Positions 30,230 to 41,203 of a stretch of DNA of 57,393 nucleotides are shown here, piece after piece. Origin of the DNA: Bdellovibrionota bacterium FG-1 (lineage in GTDB: Bacteria > Bdellovibrionota > UBA1018); assembly GCA_051382295.1 (NCBI GenBank), contig JBBCAW010000074.1, positions 1 to 57,393 on the forward strand, read 5' to 3'. The position numbers were made by a program, and so were the translations under genes. Positions within the stretch are counted from its first letter, which is position 1, and each line of letters starts with the position of its first letter. Under the pieces are notes generated by a model. It did no database searches. It was not told where the DNA came from and saw only the letters and a list, made by a program, of their open reading frames with translations.

Positions 30230-31648
30230 ATGAATAACGCGAACCTTGATCTGCTTGAACCTGCCGAAATCAAATCGCTAGAAATCGGTGCAAACCGCCA
30301 GGTTTTTACACTCGCGACCAAGAGTGATTTTAGCCACCTTTGCATGTTCCTAGCGGTTTGCCTGACTGAGTTTCAAAAAATGCCGTTGCTGCTCACGGGG
30401 GGTGGCTTGGTTCTCGCCCTGTTCATCGCGATGAGGCACTGGATCACTCAGCGTTTTCTATCATTGAAAGTTCCCTCAGTGCGGGAAGTGACGCTTGTTT
30501 CCGCGGCCAATTGGGTATTCGCGGTTTTTTGGGGCTTACTCTTATTTGTTTCGGTTCGTCTTTTTCTGGTCGGTTTTGTCACCTATTTCGTCTTTTTCCT
30601 GACCTTGGCGAGTGCTTTAGTGATCTTGATGGTTCAGCAATCTAATGCTCGTTATACCAAGACTTATCTTACCTTGTTGCTCGTGATTCCGATGCCTGCC
30701 TATGTTCTTTACCTGCCCACTTCTTACGGTCTTAGCGTTTCGGTGTTTATTTTGGGTGGCATGATGTGGATTCGTTGGGCTGCGGATCGGAACGCCAAAA
30801 ATTATTGGAGTCGCGTCACTGAGAATCTTTTGGCCCAGCAGCGCGAGAAAGAAACCTTCCAGGCCGCGCGTTTAGCCTCAGTGGCAGTATTGGCGGGGGG
30901 GCTCGCGCATGAAATCAATAATCCCCTCACGATTTTGAAGCTCAATAATGGACGACTCAAAAAATTTCAGCCGAGCGAATCACCCAGGAGTCATGAATAC
31001 GACCGAATTCTTGAGCAACAATCCAATGCGATCAATCGGGTCAACGGGATTGTTCAATCGTTGCTCACCATCATCAGCGAAAAGGAAACCCGGGAGACTT
31101 TTAATGTCCATTCCTCCATTCGGCGAACCACCTCTTTTTTGACGGAAATGTTGGCGGAATCCAAGATCCAAGTGGAATATCGGTTTTGTGACTCCGGGGC
31201 CGAAGTTCAGGGGGATAGCTTACATTTTCAACAAATAATCATGAGCTTGCTCAAGAATGCCAAAGACGCGATTCAACACGACCAGGGTTTAATCACGATC
31301 ACGACGACGGCTCAGGAAAGAAAGCTGCTGATCTCTTTTCGAGACAATGGAGCCGGAATTGACCCCCAGGATCTTCCGAAAGTATTTGATCCTTTTTTTA
31401 CGACCAAAGCGCCTGGAAAAGGCTTGGGTCTGGAGCTGACTCTTTCTCACTCCATTGTTCGGAAGATGAATGGAAAAATGTCGGTCATTTCCGAGCGGGG
31501 GCAGGGGACTGAAATTTTGATTGAGTTGCCGCTGGTTGTTCAACCGGCCGTGGTTCTCACCCCTCCGAATGCTCAACTGGAGCGCAATCATAGCAATTCT
31601 CCGATCGAAACTCTTCCGGATGCTCAATTTGAACCGTCGTATGAATGA
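30230..31648 (+). CDS. Multi-TM sensor histidine kinase (NtrB-like H-box)
   Basis: Several TM helices, AHEINNPL, KNAKDA, DNGAGI, FDPFFTTK. Confidence 0.88.
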   Translation: MNNANLDLLEPAEIKSLEIGANRQVFTLATKSDFSHLCMFLAVCLTEFQKMPLLLTGGGLVLALFIAMRHWITQRFLSLKVPSVREVTLVSAANWVFAVFWGLLLFVSVRLFLVGFVTYFVFFLTLASALVILMVQQSNARYTKTYLTLLLVIPMPAYVLYLPTSYGLSVSVFILGGMMWIRWAADRNAKNYWSRVTENLLAQQREKETFQAARLASVAVLAGGLAHEINNPLTILKLNNGRLKKFQPSESPRSHEYDRILEQQSNAINRVNGIVQSLLTIISEKETRETFNVHSSIRRTTSFLTEMLAESKIQVEYRFCDSGAEVQGDSLHFQQIIMSLLKNAKDAIQHDQGLITITTTAQERKLLISFRDNGAGIDPQDLPKVFDPFFTTKAPGKGLGLELTLSHSIVRKMNGKMSVISERGQGTEILIELPLVVQPAVVLTPPNAQLERNHSNSPIETLPDAQFEPSYE

Positions 31649-32510
31649 TGCCGTACCGTTCTTTGAGGAGTGCATTGACGTGATTCAGTAAGTTCTGCGC
31701 TGCGCCCGCAATAATGTGCACGCTGAGGGCATGTTTTCCACTCGTCACGGTCCAGATATGCAGATCATGAACTTCCTGGACGCCTGCGATGGCCTTGAGG
31801 TCTTGGCGCACTTGGCGTGGGTCCACCTCCGTGGGGGTGGATTCCATCAGAATTTGAACGGCTTCTTTCACGAGAGACCAGGAACTCACTAGCATCAAGC
31901 CTGAAAAAAGCACCGTGATAATGGGATCGATCGGGCGCCAGCCGGTCGCCCAAAGAACGGCACCCGCAATGACCGCGCCGATGCTTCCGAGCATGTCAGA
32001 AATCATATGCAGATAGGCCGCGCGCACATTCAAATTATGATGTTTGGCATCCGAAAGGAGGTACATGCTCACTAAATTTGCCAACAGGCCAATCACGGCA
32101 ATCACAAACACAATCGGCCCTTTGACCTCGGGCGGTTCCTGCATTCGAAGGACGGCTTCGTAAATTAAAAATCCCGCGATGATCCAAATCGTTAAACCGC
32201 TCGCCAAGGCCCCGAGAATTTCAGCGCGATGATAACCAAAACTCATCGTGTCCGAGGAAGGGCGTCGCGCCAGCCACAGTACAAAAAGAGTCAGCGACAT
32301 GGCGCCTACATCCGTGAGCATGTGGGCGCCATCGGAGATGAGGGCTAAGCTGTTGGCGGCCCAACCGCCGACGAGTTCAAGCACCATGAAAATGGCTGTG
32401 ACGCACATAGCTTTGAGGACCGCTTGGGGCGCGTTGCCAAAATGGTGATGAAAGGGGGAGTGATGGTCGTGATCGGAGTGGTGATGATGACTATCGTGAT
32501 CGTGATTCAT
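31557..32510 (-). CDS. Cation diffusion facilitator (CzcD/ZitB-like Zn/Co/Cd exporter)
   Basis: His-rich N-terminus, SLALISDGAHMLTD, AYLHMISD, HDLHIW, HTTVQIE. Confidence 0.93.
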   Translation of the reverse strand: MNHDHDSHHHHSDHDHHSPFHHHFGNAPQAVLKAMCVTAIFMVLELVGGWAANSLALISDGAHMLTDVGAMSLTLFVLWLARRPSSDTMSFGYHRAEILGALASGLTIWIIAGFLIYEAVLRMQEPPEVKGPIVFVIAVIGLLANLVSMYLLSDAKHHNLNVRAAYLHMISDMLGSIGAVIAGAVLWATGWRPIDPIITVLFSGLMLVSSWSLVKEAVQILMESTPTEVDPRQVRQDLKAIAGVQEVHDLHIWTVTSGKHALSVHIIAGAAQNLLNHVNALLKERYGIIHTTVQIEHPEEFRSENCYDCAPVEHSEG

Positions 32511-32962
32511 GAGTTTTTTTCAATGCGGGCTAGAGTTTCGAGGCATTCATAGCAAGCGGCGGCCGCCTCGCGCCCTTTGTTATGCGTGTCGGGAGCGCTA
32601 CGAACGGCGGCTTGTTCGTCGGTGTAGGTCGTGAGAATCCCAAAGCTGATGGGCACGCCCGTCGCGAGTGTCGTCTGCATCAGCCCTAGCGTAGCTCCGA
32701 GGCTGATCAATTCAAAGTGGGCCGTATCTCCCTTGATCACGCAACCCAGGCAAATCACGCCTTGGTATTGACCACTTTTTGCGAGTTTTTGGGCAATGAG
32801 CGGGAGCTCAAAAGCACCGGGCGCGGAGTACAGCTCGTTGGAGGATAATTCAATCCCCTTTTCGCCGAGGTAGGCTCGGGCGCCTTGGAGCAGTCCGCCC
32901 GTGACCTCCGGATTAAAGCGGCTGATCACAATGGCGAAACGAGATTTTGCCAGGGGGGTCAT
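32507..32962 (-). CDS. ribH: 6,7-dimethyl-8-ribityllumazine synthase
   Basis: [31 protein letters not shown]. Confidence 0.95.
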   Translation of the reverse strand: MTPLAKSRFAIVISRFNPEVTGGLLQGARAYLGEKGIELSSNELYSAPGAFELPLIAQKLAKSGQYQGVICLGCVIKGDTAHFELISLGATLGLMQTTLATGVPISFGILTTYTDEQAAVRSAPDTHNKGREAAAACYECLETLARIEKNS

Positions 32963-34179
32963 TCCTGAGTTCCTTTTGGCTGGGAGGTCATTGCGTGCAG
33001 GGTGTGCCCCATCTTTTCGCGCTTAGTGGTCAAATAGGCTTGGTTATGCTCATTAGGGGTGATCTCAATCGGCACTCGCTCGACGACGCTCAGACCGTAA
33101 CCGTCCAGTGCGACAATTTTTTTGGGATTATTGGTGAGGAGTTTAAGTTGTTTGATGCCGAGGTGCCTGAGGATTTGAGCCCCTAGCCCATATTGTCTCA
33201 GGTCGACACCAAAACCGAGATGGCGATTGGCCTCAACCGTGTCCATTCCCTCATCTTGAAGCGCGTAGGCTCGAATTTTATTGGCGAGGCCGATGCCGCG
33301 GCCTTCGTGGCGGCGCATATAGATGAGCACCCCGTTTCCGCTTTCGGAGATTTGTTGGAGCGAAGCCTGCAGTTGTTGACCACAGTCGCAGCGTCGTGAT
33401 CCGAGCGCATCGCCGGTCAGGCATTCGGAGTGCACTCGTACGAGGGCTGGATTACTCAGAGGGCCGCGCACCAGCGCCAAATGTTCGGTTCCATCCATTA
33501 AACTTCGAAAGGCATGAAGTGCAAAATCGCCAAATTCTGAAGGAAACCGGGTTTTAGCGACTTCCTCGATGAGGGTTTCTTTTTCCATTCGGCGCGCGAT
33601 GACGTCCTTGATGCTGATAATGGGAAGCCCGTGTTCGGTCGCAAAGACTTTCAGATCCGGAAGTCGCGCCATCGTCCCGTCTGTCTTCATAATTTCGCAA
33701 ATCACCGCAGCGGGACGAAGTCCTGCCATCTTCATGAGGTCCACGGAGCCCTCGGTATGGCCTGCGCGGACTAAGGTGCCGCCCTCGGCCGCACGGAGTG
33801 GAAAAATATGTCCCGGCGAAGCAATGTCCCCCGCGGATCGAGCGGGGTCAACCGCCACTCGAATCGTGTGGGCACGGTCGTGAGCGGAGATTCCAGTGGT
33901 GACGCCCTCGCGTGCTTCGATGGAGATCGTAAAGGCGGTTTGGCGGTTCGACCGATTTGCCGGAGTCATCATGGGCAGTCTCAACTCGTCGACGCGTTTA
34001 CCCTCAAGCGTGAGGCAGATCAGCCCGCGCGCGTGAGTGGCCATGAAGTTAATGGCCTCGGGAGTGGCAAACTCGGCCGCGAGCACGAGATCTCCTTCAT
34101 TTTCGCGATCTTCATCATCGACTAAGATCAGCATCTTTCCGTTTTGTAGGGCCTCGAGGGCTTCGGGAATGTTGGACAT
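32959..34179 (-). CDS. ribBA: Bifunctional DHBP synthase / GTP cyclohydrolase II
   Basis: [45 protein letters not shown]. Confidence 0.96.
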   Translation of the reverse strand: MSNIPEALEALQNGKMLILVDDEDRENEGDLVLAAEFATPEAINFMATHARGLICLTLEGKRVDELRLPMMTPANRSNRQTAFTISIEAREGVTTGISAHDRAHTIRVAVDPARSAGDIASPGHIFPLRAAEGGTLVRAGHTEGSVDLMKMAGLRPAAVICEIMKTDGTMARLPDLKVFATEHGLPIISIKDVIARRMEKETLIEEVAKTRFPSEFGDFALHAFRSLMDGTEHLALVRGPLSNPALVRVHSECLTGDALGSRRCDCGQQLQASLQQISESGNGVLIYMRRHEGRGIGLANKIRAYALQDEGMDTVEANRHLGFGVDLRQYGLGAQILRHLGIKQLKLLTNNPKKIVALDGYGLSVVERVPIEITPNEHNQAYLTTKREKMGHTLHAMTSQPKGTQE

Positions 34180-34193
34180 CTCTTTCCTTTTTT

Positions 34194-34802
34194 TCAGGTT
34201 CTCAAGTAAGGCTTGCTGAGGTTCTCGACGTATTTGGCTAAAATATCCACCTCAATGTTGACGAGGTCTCCCGGCCGCATGCTTGAAAATTGGGTATTTT
34301 CCCAAGTGTGGGGGATGAGCGTGAGTCCGATCATGGCGGCGGTATCCGTGATTTCGATTGAGTTGAGGGTGAGGCTCACGCCGTTGAGGGTGATGGAACC
34401 TTTATCGACACAATAGCGGGCCAGGGCAGCTGGAAGCTCGAAATGAACGACAAAGCTTTCGCTCTGTGGCATGACGCTCAAAAGTCGGCCCACACCATCG
34501 ACATGACCTTGCACCCAGTGGCCCGAAAGGCGGTCGCCCAGGGTGAGGGCTCGCTCGAGATTCACTCGAGAGTCTCGCGAAAGTTGGCCGAGATTCGTTT
34601 TAGATAGAGTTTCTGGACTCACAAAAAACAGGGCGTCGCCTTCGCGCGAAAACTCGGTCACCGTTAAGCATACTCCATTGATGGCGACGCTTTCGCCCGC
34701 TTGCAGGTCGGTGAAACCGGTGGCAATCCTCAGTCGCGTGGCTGGGCCGCTAGGATCAACTTGAGTGAGCGTTCCGACTTTTTGGATGATTCCAGTGAAC
34801 AT
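34194..34802 (-). CDS. ribE: Riboflavin synthase (alpha chain)
   Basis: [34 protein letters not shown]. Confidence 0.94.
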   Translation of the reverse strand: MFTGIIQKVGTLTQVDPSGPATRLRIATGFTDLQAGESVAINGVCLTVTEFSREGDALFFVSPETLSKTNLGQLSRDSRVNLERALTLGDRLSGHWVQGHVDGVGRLLSVMPQSESFVVHFELPAALARYCVDKGSITLNGVSLTLNSIEITDTAAMIGLTLIPHTWENTQFSSMRPGDLVNIEVDILAKYVENLSKPYLRT

Positions 34803-35781
34803 TCGTTTTAATTTCGATTCTGTCTTCTATTCTGTTTTTTTGCGGTTCCTGCGTGATGATCACATGCTGATTCCAAAGGTTGCCGGCGAGAATAGCTGTC
34901 GACAAAGTGGGTCCAGCCTCAACGAGGACTTCTAGGCAGCCTCGTTGGCCCAACTCTTCTAAGGCAGAGTTCAGGTTGGTTTTGATGAGTACCTCAAATC
35001 CCCGGCTTTGAGAATCACGGAACCATGAATCTGAGGAAAGGGGAATTCGGCCGCGCCGATCTAAAACCATCAAGATTCTTTTTTTTTGACCTGACGCGAC
35101 AATTTCATGATCAGGAACCTGTCGAACCGTGAATTCGGGAGAGTCGGCCAGAACCGTTCCGCTTCCGGTGAGGATCGCATCGGAGCGTTTTCGAAGTTTA
35201 TGCGCAAATCGGAGTGAGGCTGCTGAAGTGAAGGTTTTTTGCCCGATGGGAGGGATCATGGATTCGAAGCTCATGCTGGAGTCTCGATACGCCGTTTTTA
35301 CGGTTACCCAAGGGATCCCGGTGGTCATCACGTGCGAAAAACTTTGGATGAGGTTTTCGCATTGGGCTCGGAGCGCTGGATCTTCGCAAAGTTGAACCTC
35401 AAGCCCCGCTTGTTTGAGGCGAGCGGCACCCTGGCCTTGAACTTTGGGATTAGGGTCAGCGGCGCCATAAATCACGCGCTGCATTCTGCCGCCGTTCGCT
35501 CGGAATGCCAAAATCGCTTCAGTACAGGGAGGGGTGCGGCCTAGGTGATTGCAAGGCTCGAGTGTTACCCATAATGTGTGGGCCTGGCTCATGAGGCCCC
35601 TTTGGCGGAGGTCGTCCATGACTTTAGCCTCAGCATGTCCTGTCCCTGCCTGCTGATGGGCTTGAACGCTCAGGAGTCGTCCCTGCTGATCTGTGGCAGC
35701 CGCGCCAACCGGGGGATTCGGGGCTGTGGCACCGATAAATTCACGGGCCTTGAGAAGAGCATGTTCCATCGGAGAGTTCAC
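34756..35781 (-). CDS. ribD: Riboflavin biosynthesis deaminase/reductase
   Basis: PNPPVGA, HAE, TLEPCNH.GRTPPC, AILTGSGTVLAD, VEAGP. Confidence 0.9.
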   Translation of the reverse strand: MNSPMEHALLKAREFIGATAPNPPVGAAATDQQGRLLSVQAHQQAGTGHAEAKVMDDLRQRGLMSQAHTLWVTLEPCNHLGRTPPCTEAILAFRANGGRMQRVIYGAADPNPKVQGQGAARLKQAGLEVQLCEDPALRAQCENLIQSFSHVMTTGIPWVTVKTAYRDSSMSFESMIPPIGQKTFTSAASLRFAHKLRKRSDAILTGSGTVLADSPEFTVRQVPDHEIVASGQKKRILMVLDRRGRIPLSSDSWFRDSQSRGFEVLIKTNLNSALEELGQRGCLEVLVEAGPTLSTAILAGNLWNQHVIITQEPQKNRIEDRIEIKTNVHWNHPKSRNAHSS

Positions 35782-35847
35782 CGCTTATTGTCTAGCGAGC
35801 TTTTGAGTTGCTTGCAACTGGACATAATGCCCCGGTACAATGGATTC

Positions 35848-36780
35848 ATGGCAGATCAATTTGTGAGCTGGGGTCTGGATGACATTTTGGTCGGGGAGCC
35901 GTTGCCCGGCACGATCTATATCTACATTGATTTCAGATTCATTACCTATCGGGCTCAAGAGGACACGATTGATCGCTCTGCCTTTGAGCGGCTGGAATTA
36001 AAAAAGGTCCGAAGTCTGTTTATTCAGGAAAAAGACCGTCCAGGCTTTGAAAACTGGGTCAAGCAACGAAAACAAGAAAAAGCCCCGCCGCTTTCGGCGG
36101 AAAACCAACAGTTTGCGGTGGTTCGACAAGAAGTTCATGAAAAAACGATCGGTATTTTTCAAGCCCAGCATCCTGATAAAATCGTGGCCCAAACGATTGA
36201 CGCGAGCAAAAAACTGGTCGATGAGGTCATGAAGTTTCCTTATGCCATGCAAACGATGGCGCAGCTTCAGACCTATTCCCGCACGGTCGTGGACCACTCC
36301 GTGAATGTCAGTGTGTTGAGTACCTATTTAGCGATGCAGATGGGGTATTCGCACAAAATCATTTTGCAACACATCGGAATGGGCGGCCTGCTTCACGACA
36401 TCGGAAAGACCAAAATCAAAATTGATGATGTGGATGATCAGGTCGGCGCTGACGAGAAAATGAAGGCTCATCCCGAACTTGGGCTCAAAATTTTTGAAAA
36501 CGATCCTAAAATTCCCAATGAAGTCAAAATGATCATTGGCCAGCATCATGAGGGCTATGACGGGACAGGCTATCCTAAAGGACTTCGAGGGAGCCAAACC
36601 TATGACCTGGCCCGCATTGTGGCTATTGCCAATGTCTTTGACGGACTCGTAGCCAACGGAAAAGGGCCGATGATTGAGCGTCAAAAAAACGCTATTCATC
36701 AGCTCGATCAGGTCGATTACCGAAAGTTTGACCCACAAAAGCTGGAAAAAATTCTTAAGATTCTTAAAATGGGCGTTTAA
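35848..36780 (+). CDS. HD-GYP domain protein (c-di-GMP phosphodiesterase-like)
   Basis: HSVNV, LLHDIGK, QHHEGYDGTGYPKGL; start set at ATG 35848 to avoid overlap with ribD. Confidence 0.88.
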   Translation: MADQFVSWGLDDILVGEPLPGTIYIYIDFRFITYRAQEDTIDRSAFERLELKKVRSLFIQEKDRPGFENWVKQRKQEKAPPLSAENQQFAVVRQEVHEKTIGIFQAQHPDKIVAQTIDASKKLVDEVMKFPYAMQTMAQLQTYSRTVVDHSVNVSVLSTYLAMQMGYSHKIILQHIGMGGLLHDIGKTKIKIDDVDDQVGADEKMKAHPELGLKIFENDPKIPNEVKMIIGQHHEGYDGTGYPKGLRGSQTYDLARIVAIANVFDGLVANGKGPMIERQKNAIHQLDQVDYRKFDPQKLEKILKILKMGV

Positions 36781-36789
36781 AAGGCCGCG

Positions 36790-37056
36790 TTATACTTTTG
36801 GTGCTGCGTCTTTGGTCTTGAGAAGGGTATCATTAGCCTTGATGAAGGCTCGGAGATCGTCGGACATATCGAGGAGTTTGTTCCATTGTTCTTTATAAAG
36901 AGTGACCGGAAATCTTCCTAGCCCATAAACTGAAAGTGCTCCTTTTGCGCTTACTTTGAGTGAAAGTCCTTTGGCGGTCGTTTTTTTAAGGGCAGCATTT
37001 TCAGACCTGAGGCGTTCAAGTTCGGCTTGCATGTCTTGAGAGGTGTTTTCAGTCAT
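36790..37056 (-). CDS. Small hypothetical protein (coiled coil plus LKVSAKGALSVYGLGRFPVTLYKEQW motif)
   Basis: Clean 88-aa ORF from ATG 37056; the motif is recalled from deltaproteobacterial hypothetical proteins. Confidence 0.8.
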   Translation of the reverse strand: MTENTSQDMQAELERLRSENAALKKTTAKGLSLKVSAKGALSVYGLGRFPVTLYKEQWNKLLDMSDDLRAFIKANDTLLKTKDAAPKV

Positions 37057-37144
37057 TTGAAGGATTTCCTGTAAATAGTTGGATGAAAGCAGTTTTGAAA
37101 CTGAGTGTCTAAGATCTTTGCCTGGAGCGAAAGGGAAAATCAAC

Positions 37145-37921
37145 ATGCCCGTCAAAAGGAAGTGGCGGTTTTGGGTTTGGGTTCAGTTATTCGGAGTGGT
37201 GAGTCTGTGGAATGGTGCGTTAGGTTATGGGGATGCTGCGGTTGCCCAACCAGTCGTTCAACCAGTAGTTCAAAATGACACCTGGGAGAAAATGAACTCG
37301 GACGATGGAATCGAGGTTTTTAGGCGAGAGGTTCCCGGAAGCCCGATTGTAGCGTTTCGCGGTGAGGGCGTCGTCGATGCGACGATCACGCGAGTCGCGA
37401 GCGTGATTTTGGATGACGACCGGGCGACGGAATGGGTGGACAGTCTTGAGAATTCAAAGGTTCTCAAGATGTTAGGGGCTCGTGATTTTTTGCATTATTC
37501 CCATATCGGTACGCCCTTCGTCATTAAGGATCGGGATTTTGTGGTGCACGGAAAAATCATGGCGGACGGGCGCGAGGGGTGGATGAAGATGACCCTCGAT
37601 TCGGTTGAGGATCCTATGCAGCCCCCGACGGATTATATTCGAGGCGAAATTCATGGTTTTTGGAATTTGAAGTCGATCGAGGGTGGAAAAAAGACCTACG
37701 CGATTGCCGAAATGCACGCCGACCCCAAAGGGACGATGCCTCGTTGGCTGGTTAATCTTTTTCAGAAGGCGTGGCCCCACAATACGATTCAAAGCCTTCG
37801 TAAGCAGGCGGTAAAATCGGATATCAAGATCATTCCCCAAGTGGTGCAGGTTTTTGGAGAGGGAAATGCGCCCGCAGTCAATGCCTCGGCGAATCCCGTG
37901 AGCGTCGAAAAGCAGATGTAA
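37145..37921 (+). CDS. START-domain lipid-binding protein
   Basis: WEKMNSDDGIEVF, PFVIKDRDFV, ADPKGTMPRWLVN. Confidence 0.85.
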   Translation: MPVKRKWRFWVWVQLFGVVSLWNGALGYGDAAVAQPVVQPVVQNDTWEKMNSDDGIEVFRREVPGSPIVAFRGEGVVDATITRVASVILDDDRATEWVDSLENSKVLKMLGARDFLHYSHIGTPFVIKDRDFVVHGKIMADGREGWMKMTLDSVEDPMQPPTDYIRGEIHGFWNLKSIEGGKKTYAIAEMHADPKGTMPRWLVNLFQKAWPHNTIQSLRKQAVKSDIKIIPQVVQVFGEGNAPAVNASANPVSVEKQM

Positions 37922-37942
37922 CCAGAAGTCATAGGATAAGAA

Positions 37943-38731
37943 ATGAGGCGTGGCCGTTCTGTATTCTTTCAACGGTGTTCAGTGCTATCGCTGGTGGGCG
38001 GAGTTTTTCTTTTTTTATCGGGAGCATGTTTAGGCGATGAGCCCAGGAGAACCGCGGTTCTTCGCTTCCCTTGGACGTATCCAGTAGCAGCCACTCAAAC
38101 CTGCCCTGGTACCGCCGGGTTTTCTAGGGAATCCTTTCTGACGGGAAGCTCCTACATTTTGCTCAAAACAGTGGATCAGATGAACGAGCGGGAAGGGGTT
38201 AAGGCGGTCTCCTTAGCGGAGCAGGCGCAGTCGCTGGGACTTGACTTGAACATCTCGGAGTCGAGGGTGACCCGCGTCCGGCTGGATAAGGTGGGGCCCG
38301 ATACTTATCAGGTGGCGGTAGGAAATAAGGAAGCCCCTGCGTTTGTTGCCCGAGGTGGGCGAGCGGGTGAGGGGGTCTTGCGCGGGTCGGTCGAGGGGCC
38401 CCATGGACTTCGATCTTCGGGGACGATCACCAGTTTTGGTAATACGGTCATTTCAAACTACTTTGGGTTTCCGATTGTGAAAATTCCGCTCCCGAACGGT
38501 GGGCACATCTTGGCGTTAGCTGAGCAAGTTTCTCATGTGGCGCCGTTTCCGGGGAGGGGCGTGGGCGTGGAGTTTGGGGGCGGTCCAGGGCTGGTGTACG
38601 AAACCCCTCTTTTTCCCGAAAGTCAGCCGGTGCGATTCCATCTCAGTGGTGGCCCAGGGGGGGGTAATTTGATGCGGCCCGGCATCGTGGGGGCTGAGTT
38701 TTTGTTTGAGGTCGGCGGCGGGTTTTTTTAA
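37943..38731 (+). CDS. Secreted/outer-membrane hypothetical protein
   Basis: Signal-like leader; Gly-rich beta strands; C-terminal Phe. Confidence 0.6.
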   Translation: MRRGRSVFFQRCSVLSLVGGVFLFLSGACLGDEPRRTAVLRFPWTYPVAATQTCPGTAGFSRESFLTGSSYILLKTVDQMNEREGVKAVSLAEQAQSLGLDLNISESRVTRVRLDKVGPDTYQVAVGNKEAPAFVARGGRAGEGVLRGSVEGPHGLRSSGTITSFGNTVISNYFGFPIVKIPLPNGGHILALAEQVSHVAPFPGRGVGVEFGGGPGLVYETPLFPESQPVRFHLSGGPGGGNLMRPGIVGAEFLFEVGGGFF

Positions 38732-39675
38732 ACCGACCACTCCAGCATTCGCAACAGCGGTGCCTCCGCTTTTTTGCGCAGCTCTTCGGGCATGGTGATT
38801 TCCGGTGTTTCATCTCGAAGTGCTAAGTAGAGTTTTTCGAGCGTATTGAGCCTCATAAAGGGGCAAGCGTTACACGCGCAGTTTTGGTTAGGCGGCGCGG
38901 GAATGAGTTTCTTGCCCGGCGCTTTTTGGCGCATCTGATGGAGAATGCCAGCCTCGGTGGCGACGATAAATTCTGATTTCGAACTTTCCGTGACATACTT
39001 CAAAAGCGCCGAGGTGGAGCCCACATAGTGGGCAGTCGCCAAGAGTGAGGGCTCGCATTCAGGATGGGCAATGAGTTCGGCTTCGGGAAATCTCACACGC
39101 AGCTCCGCGATTTTTCGCTCGCTGAAGGTTTCGTGCACGATACAGGTACCTTGCCAAAGCAGCATCTCGCGTCCCGTTTGTTTGGCCACATACGCGCCCA
39201 AGTTGCGATCGGGTGCAAAAAGGATGGGTCGATCTTGCGGGATCTTGGAAACGATCTTGACCGCGTTGGAGCTCGTGACGATCACATCACTTTGGGCTTT
39301 GATCGCGGCGGAGCAATTGATGTAGCTCACCACAAAATGCTCGGGGTGCTTTTGGCGGTACAGACGAAAGGCTTCCGGCGGGCAGCTGTCCGATAAAGAG
39401 CAGCCCGCTCGCAGATCGGGCAATAACACTTTGCGGCTGGGATTGAGGATCTTGGCCCCTTCGGCCATGAAGTGAACCCCTGCAAAAAGAATCAGGTCGG
39501 CTTGACTGCGTTGAGCCGCTCGGGCCAATTCGAGGCTATCGCCTACAAAGTCGGCCAAGTCTTGGATGTCCGATTCTTGGTAGTAATGTGCTAGAATTAC
39601 AGCGTTTTTTTCTTTTTTGAGCCGACTGATTTCTGAAAACAGATCCAAGCTGGCCGGAATAGTGCCGGATTCCAT
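38728..39675 (-). CDS. nadA: Quinolinate synthase
   Basis: ILAHYYQ, GVHFMAE, AGCSLSD, YINCSA, CIVHE, AHPEC, CPFM. Confidence 0.96.
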   Translation of the reverse strand: MESGTIPASLDLFSEISRLKKEKNAVILAHYYQESDIQDLADFVGDSLELARAAQRSQADLILFAGVHFMAEGAKILNPSRKVLLPDLRAGCSLSDSCPPEAFRLYRQKHPEHFVVSYINCSAAIKAQSDVIVTSSNAVKIVSKIPQDRPILFAPDRNLGAYVAKQTGREMLLWQGTCIVHETFSERKIAELRVRFPEAELIAHPECEPSLLATAHYVGSTSALLKYVTESSKSEFIVATEAGILHQMRQKAPGKKLIPAPPNQNCACNACPFMRLNTLEKLYLALRDETPEITMPEELRKKAEAPLLRMLEWSV

Positions 39676-39940
39676 GATTCGACTCTCCTCGGTGAAGGTT
39701 TGTTTTTACCTCTTCTTGCGAGGGGGGTCAATTTTTTGGTGGGGATTCGCCCTCAAATCAGTTAAGACGCAGTTCTGCTTGTTTTGTATCAGGCAAATCA
39801 CCTAGGCTAATGAAATGATGTTTGATTTTTTCACCAAGACTTTTTTTCCGAATAATCCCAAAACGGCACGAATTTCGAATCCAACGGAACGTACGGAGAA
39901 AGCTGAGGGCGAAGTGAAGATTCTAAAAAAAGGTTCTGCG

Positions 39941-40201
39941 ATGCGGGTGATCTTTTTTTACCCCGGCGAAGAGGGAACTTATATCGATAACGCCGATGTG
40001 GTTCTCTACGAAAACGGCATTATTCATATCAAATCCAATCAAGAAGAAACAACGACCCATCTTCAGAATTGTGAAATTCTTTGGCGCTTTGAGACCGATG
40101 CCGAGGATCGCGCCAATAAAGTTCGTTTGTTGAAGCCTAAAGCGGGTTTGCGCGAGGACGAAAAACTTTCTTCGAATCCTGAGCGTGGACCAGAAATTTG
40201 A
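39941..40201 (+). CDS. Small hypothetical protein; start uncertain
   Basis: MRVIFFYPG... ORF ending one base before the thiB-like gene. Confidence 0.6.
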   Translation: MRVIFFYPGEEGTYIDNADVVLYENGIIHIKSNQEETTTHLQNCEILWRFETDAEDRANKVRLLKPKAGLREDEKLSSNPERGPEI

Positions 40202-41203
40202 ATGACCCACAAAAGGAAAAGAGGCGCGCTTTGGCTTCTTTTGGCTTTTTTAGGTCTGAGTTCAAGTGGCGTGCAATCTGCGGAGATTCCCGAACTCGTC
40301 ATCTACACCTACGATAGCTTAGTGACCCCACACGGTTTGGGTCCTGAAATTTTTCCTTTATTCGAAAAAAAATGGGGTTGTCGAATTCGTGCCTTGCCCT
40401 CGGGCGACGGCGCTCAGCTTTTGACGCGTCTTCAGCTTGATGCTAAGCGGGGTAAGTCCGTTGCGCACGTGGTGATGGGGCTAGACCAAAATACCTTCGA
40501 GGCGGCTCGTCCTTATCTTGAGCTCGGCAAAGGGTCTCCGGGGTTTGTTGAGTTTGATTACGGCATCTTGGCTTTTATGGAAGATCGCCAGGCGCTCGAA
40601 AGGGCCGGGCTGGCTGAACCCCATCGGTTGGCTGATTTGCTCAAGCCCGAGTGGCGTCGCAATATTATTTTAGAAGATCCTCGAACCTCCACGTCCGGTT
40701 TGGCTTTTTTGCTCTATGCCAATGAGGTAGGAGGGGCGGGATTTTGGCCTCAGTTCAAATCCCAATGGCTGACGCTCGCGCCCGGCTGGGATGCGGCTTA
40801 TGGGCTTTTTCTCAAGAAAGAGGCCCCTCTTGTATGGAGTTACACGACTAGCCAAGCCTATCACGAGGAGCATGGCGATTCGATCGGTGAGCACCGTCGG
40901 TACCGCGCTTTGATTTTTGACGAGGGCCAACCCAAGCAGGTCGAGGGGGCCGCGCTGATTCAAGGAGCGTTTCACTCGAAAGATCCGCAAATAAAAAAGC
41001 TGGCCGCGGAGTTTTTAAAGTTTTTGGTTTCGCCCGAAGTTCAGTCGCGCATTCCTCTTAAAAATTGGATGATTCCAGTCGTTCAGGGACCACGACTGCC
41101 CCCCAGCTTTGAGCATCTGCCGAAGCCCTTAAAAATCGTGCCCACCCCGACGGATGCGCGGCAAATTGAACGTGCCTTGCGGGAGTGGAAAGGGCAGCTA
41201 TGA
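40202..41203 (+). CDS. thiB: Thiamine ABC transporter substrate-binding protein
   Basis: LVIYTYDS, GLGPE, DPRTSTSGLAFL, GWDAAYGLF, SYTTSQAYH. Confidence 0.85.
   Translation: MTHKRKRGALWLLLAFLGLSSSGVQSAEIPELVIYTYDSLVTPHGLGPEIFPLFEKKWGCRIRALPSGDGAQLLTRLQLDAKRGKSVAHVVMGLDQNTFEAARPYLELGKGSPGFVEFDYGILAFMEDRQALERAGLAEPHRLADLLKPEWRRNIILEDPRTSTSGLAFLLYANEVGGAGFWPQFKSQWLTLAPGWDAAYGLFLKKEAPLVWSYTTSQAYHEEHGDSIGEHRRYRALIFDEGQPKQVEGAALIQGAFHSKDPQIKKLAAEFLKFLVSPEVQSRIPLKNWMIPVVQGPRLPPSFEHLPKPLKIVPTPTDARQIERALREWKGQL

Noticed and set aside
35578..35847. N-terminal extension of the HD-GYP ORF, or an FMN riboswitch upstream of ribD
   Set aside because: The extension overlaps ribD antisense, and the 66-bp intergenic gap is too short and lacks RFN motifs.
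39676..40201. TPP riboswitch upstream of the thiB-like gene
   Set aside because: The CTGAGA and CCTGA...TAAT core motifs are not found in the expected arrangement.
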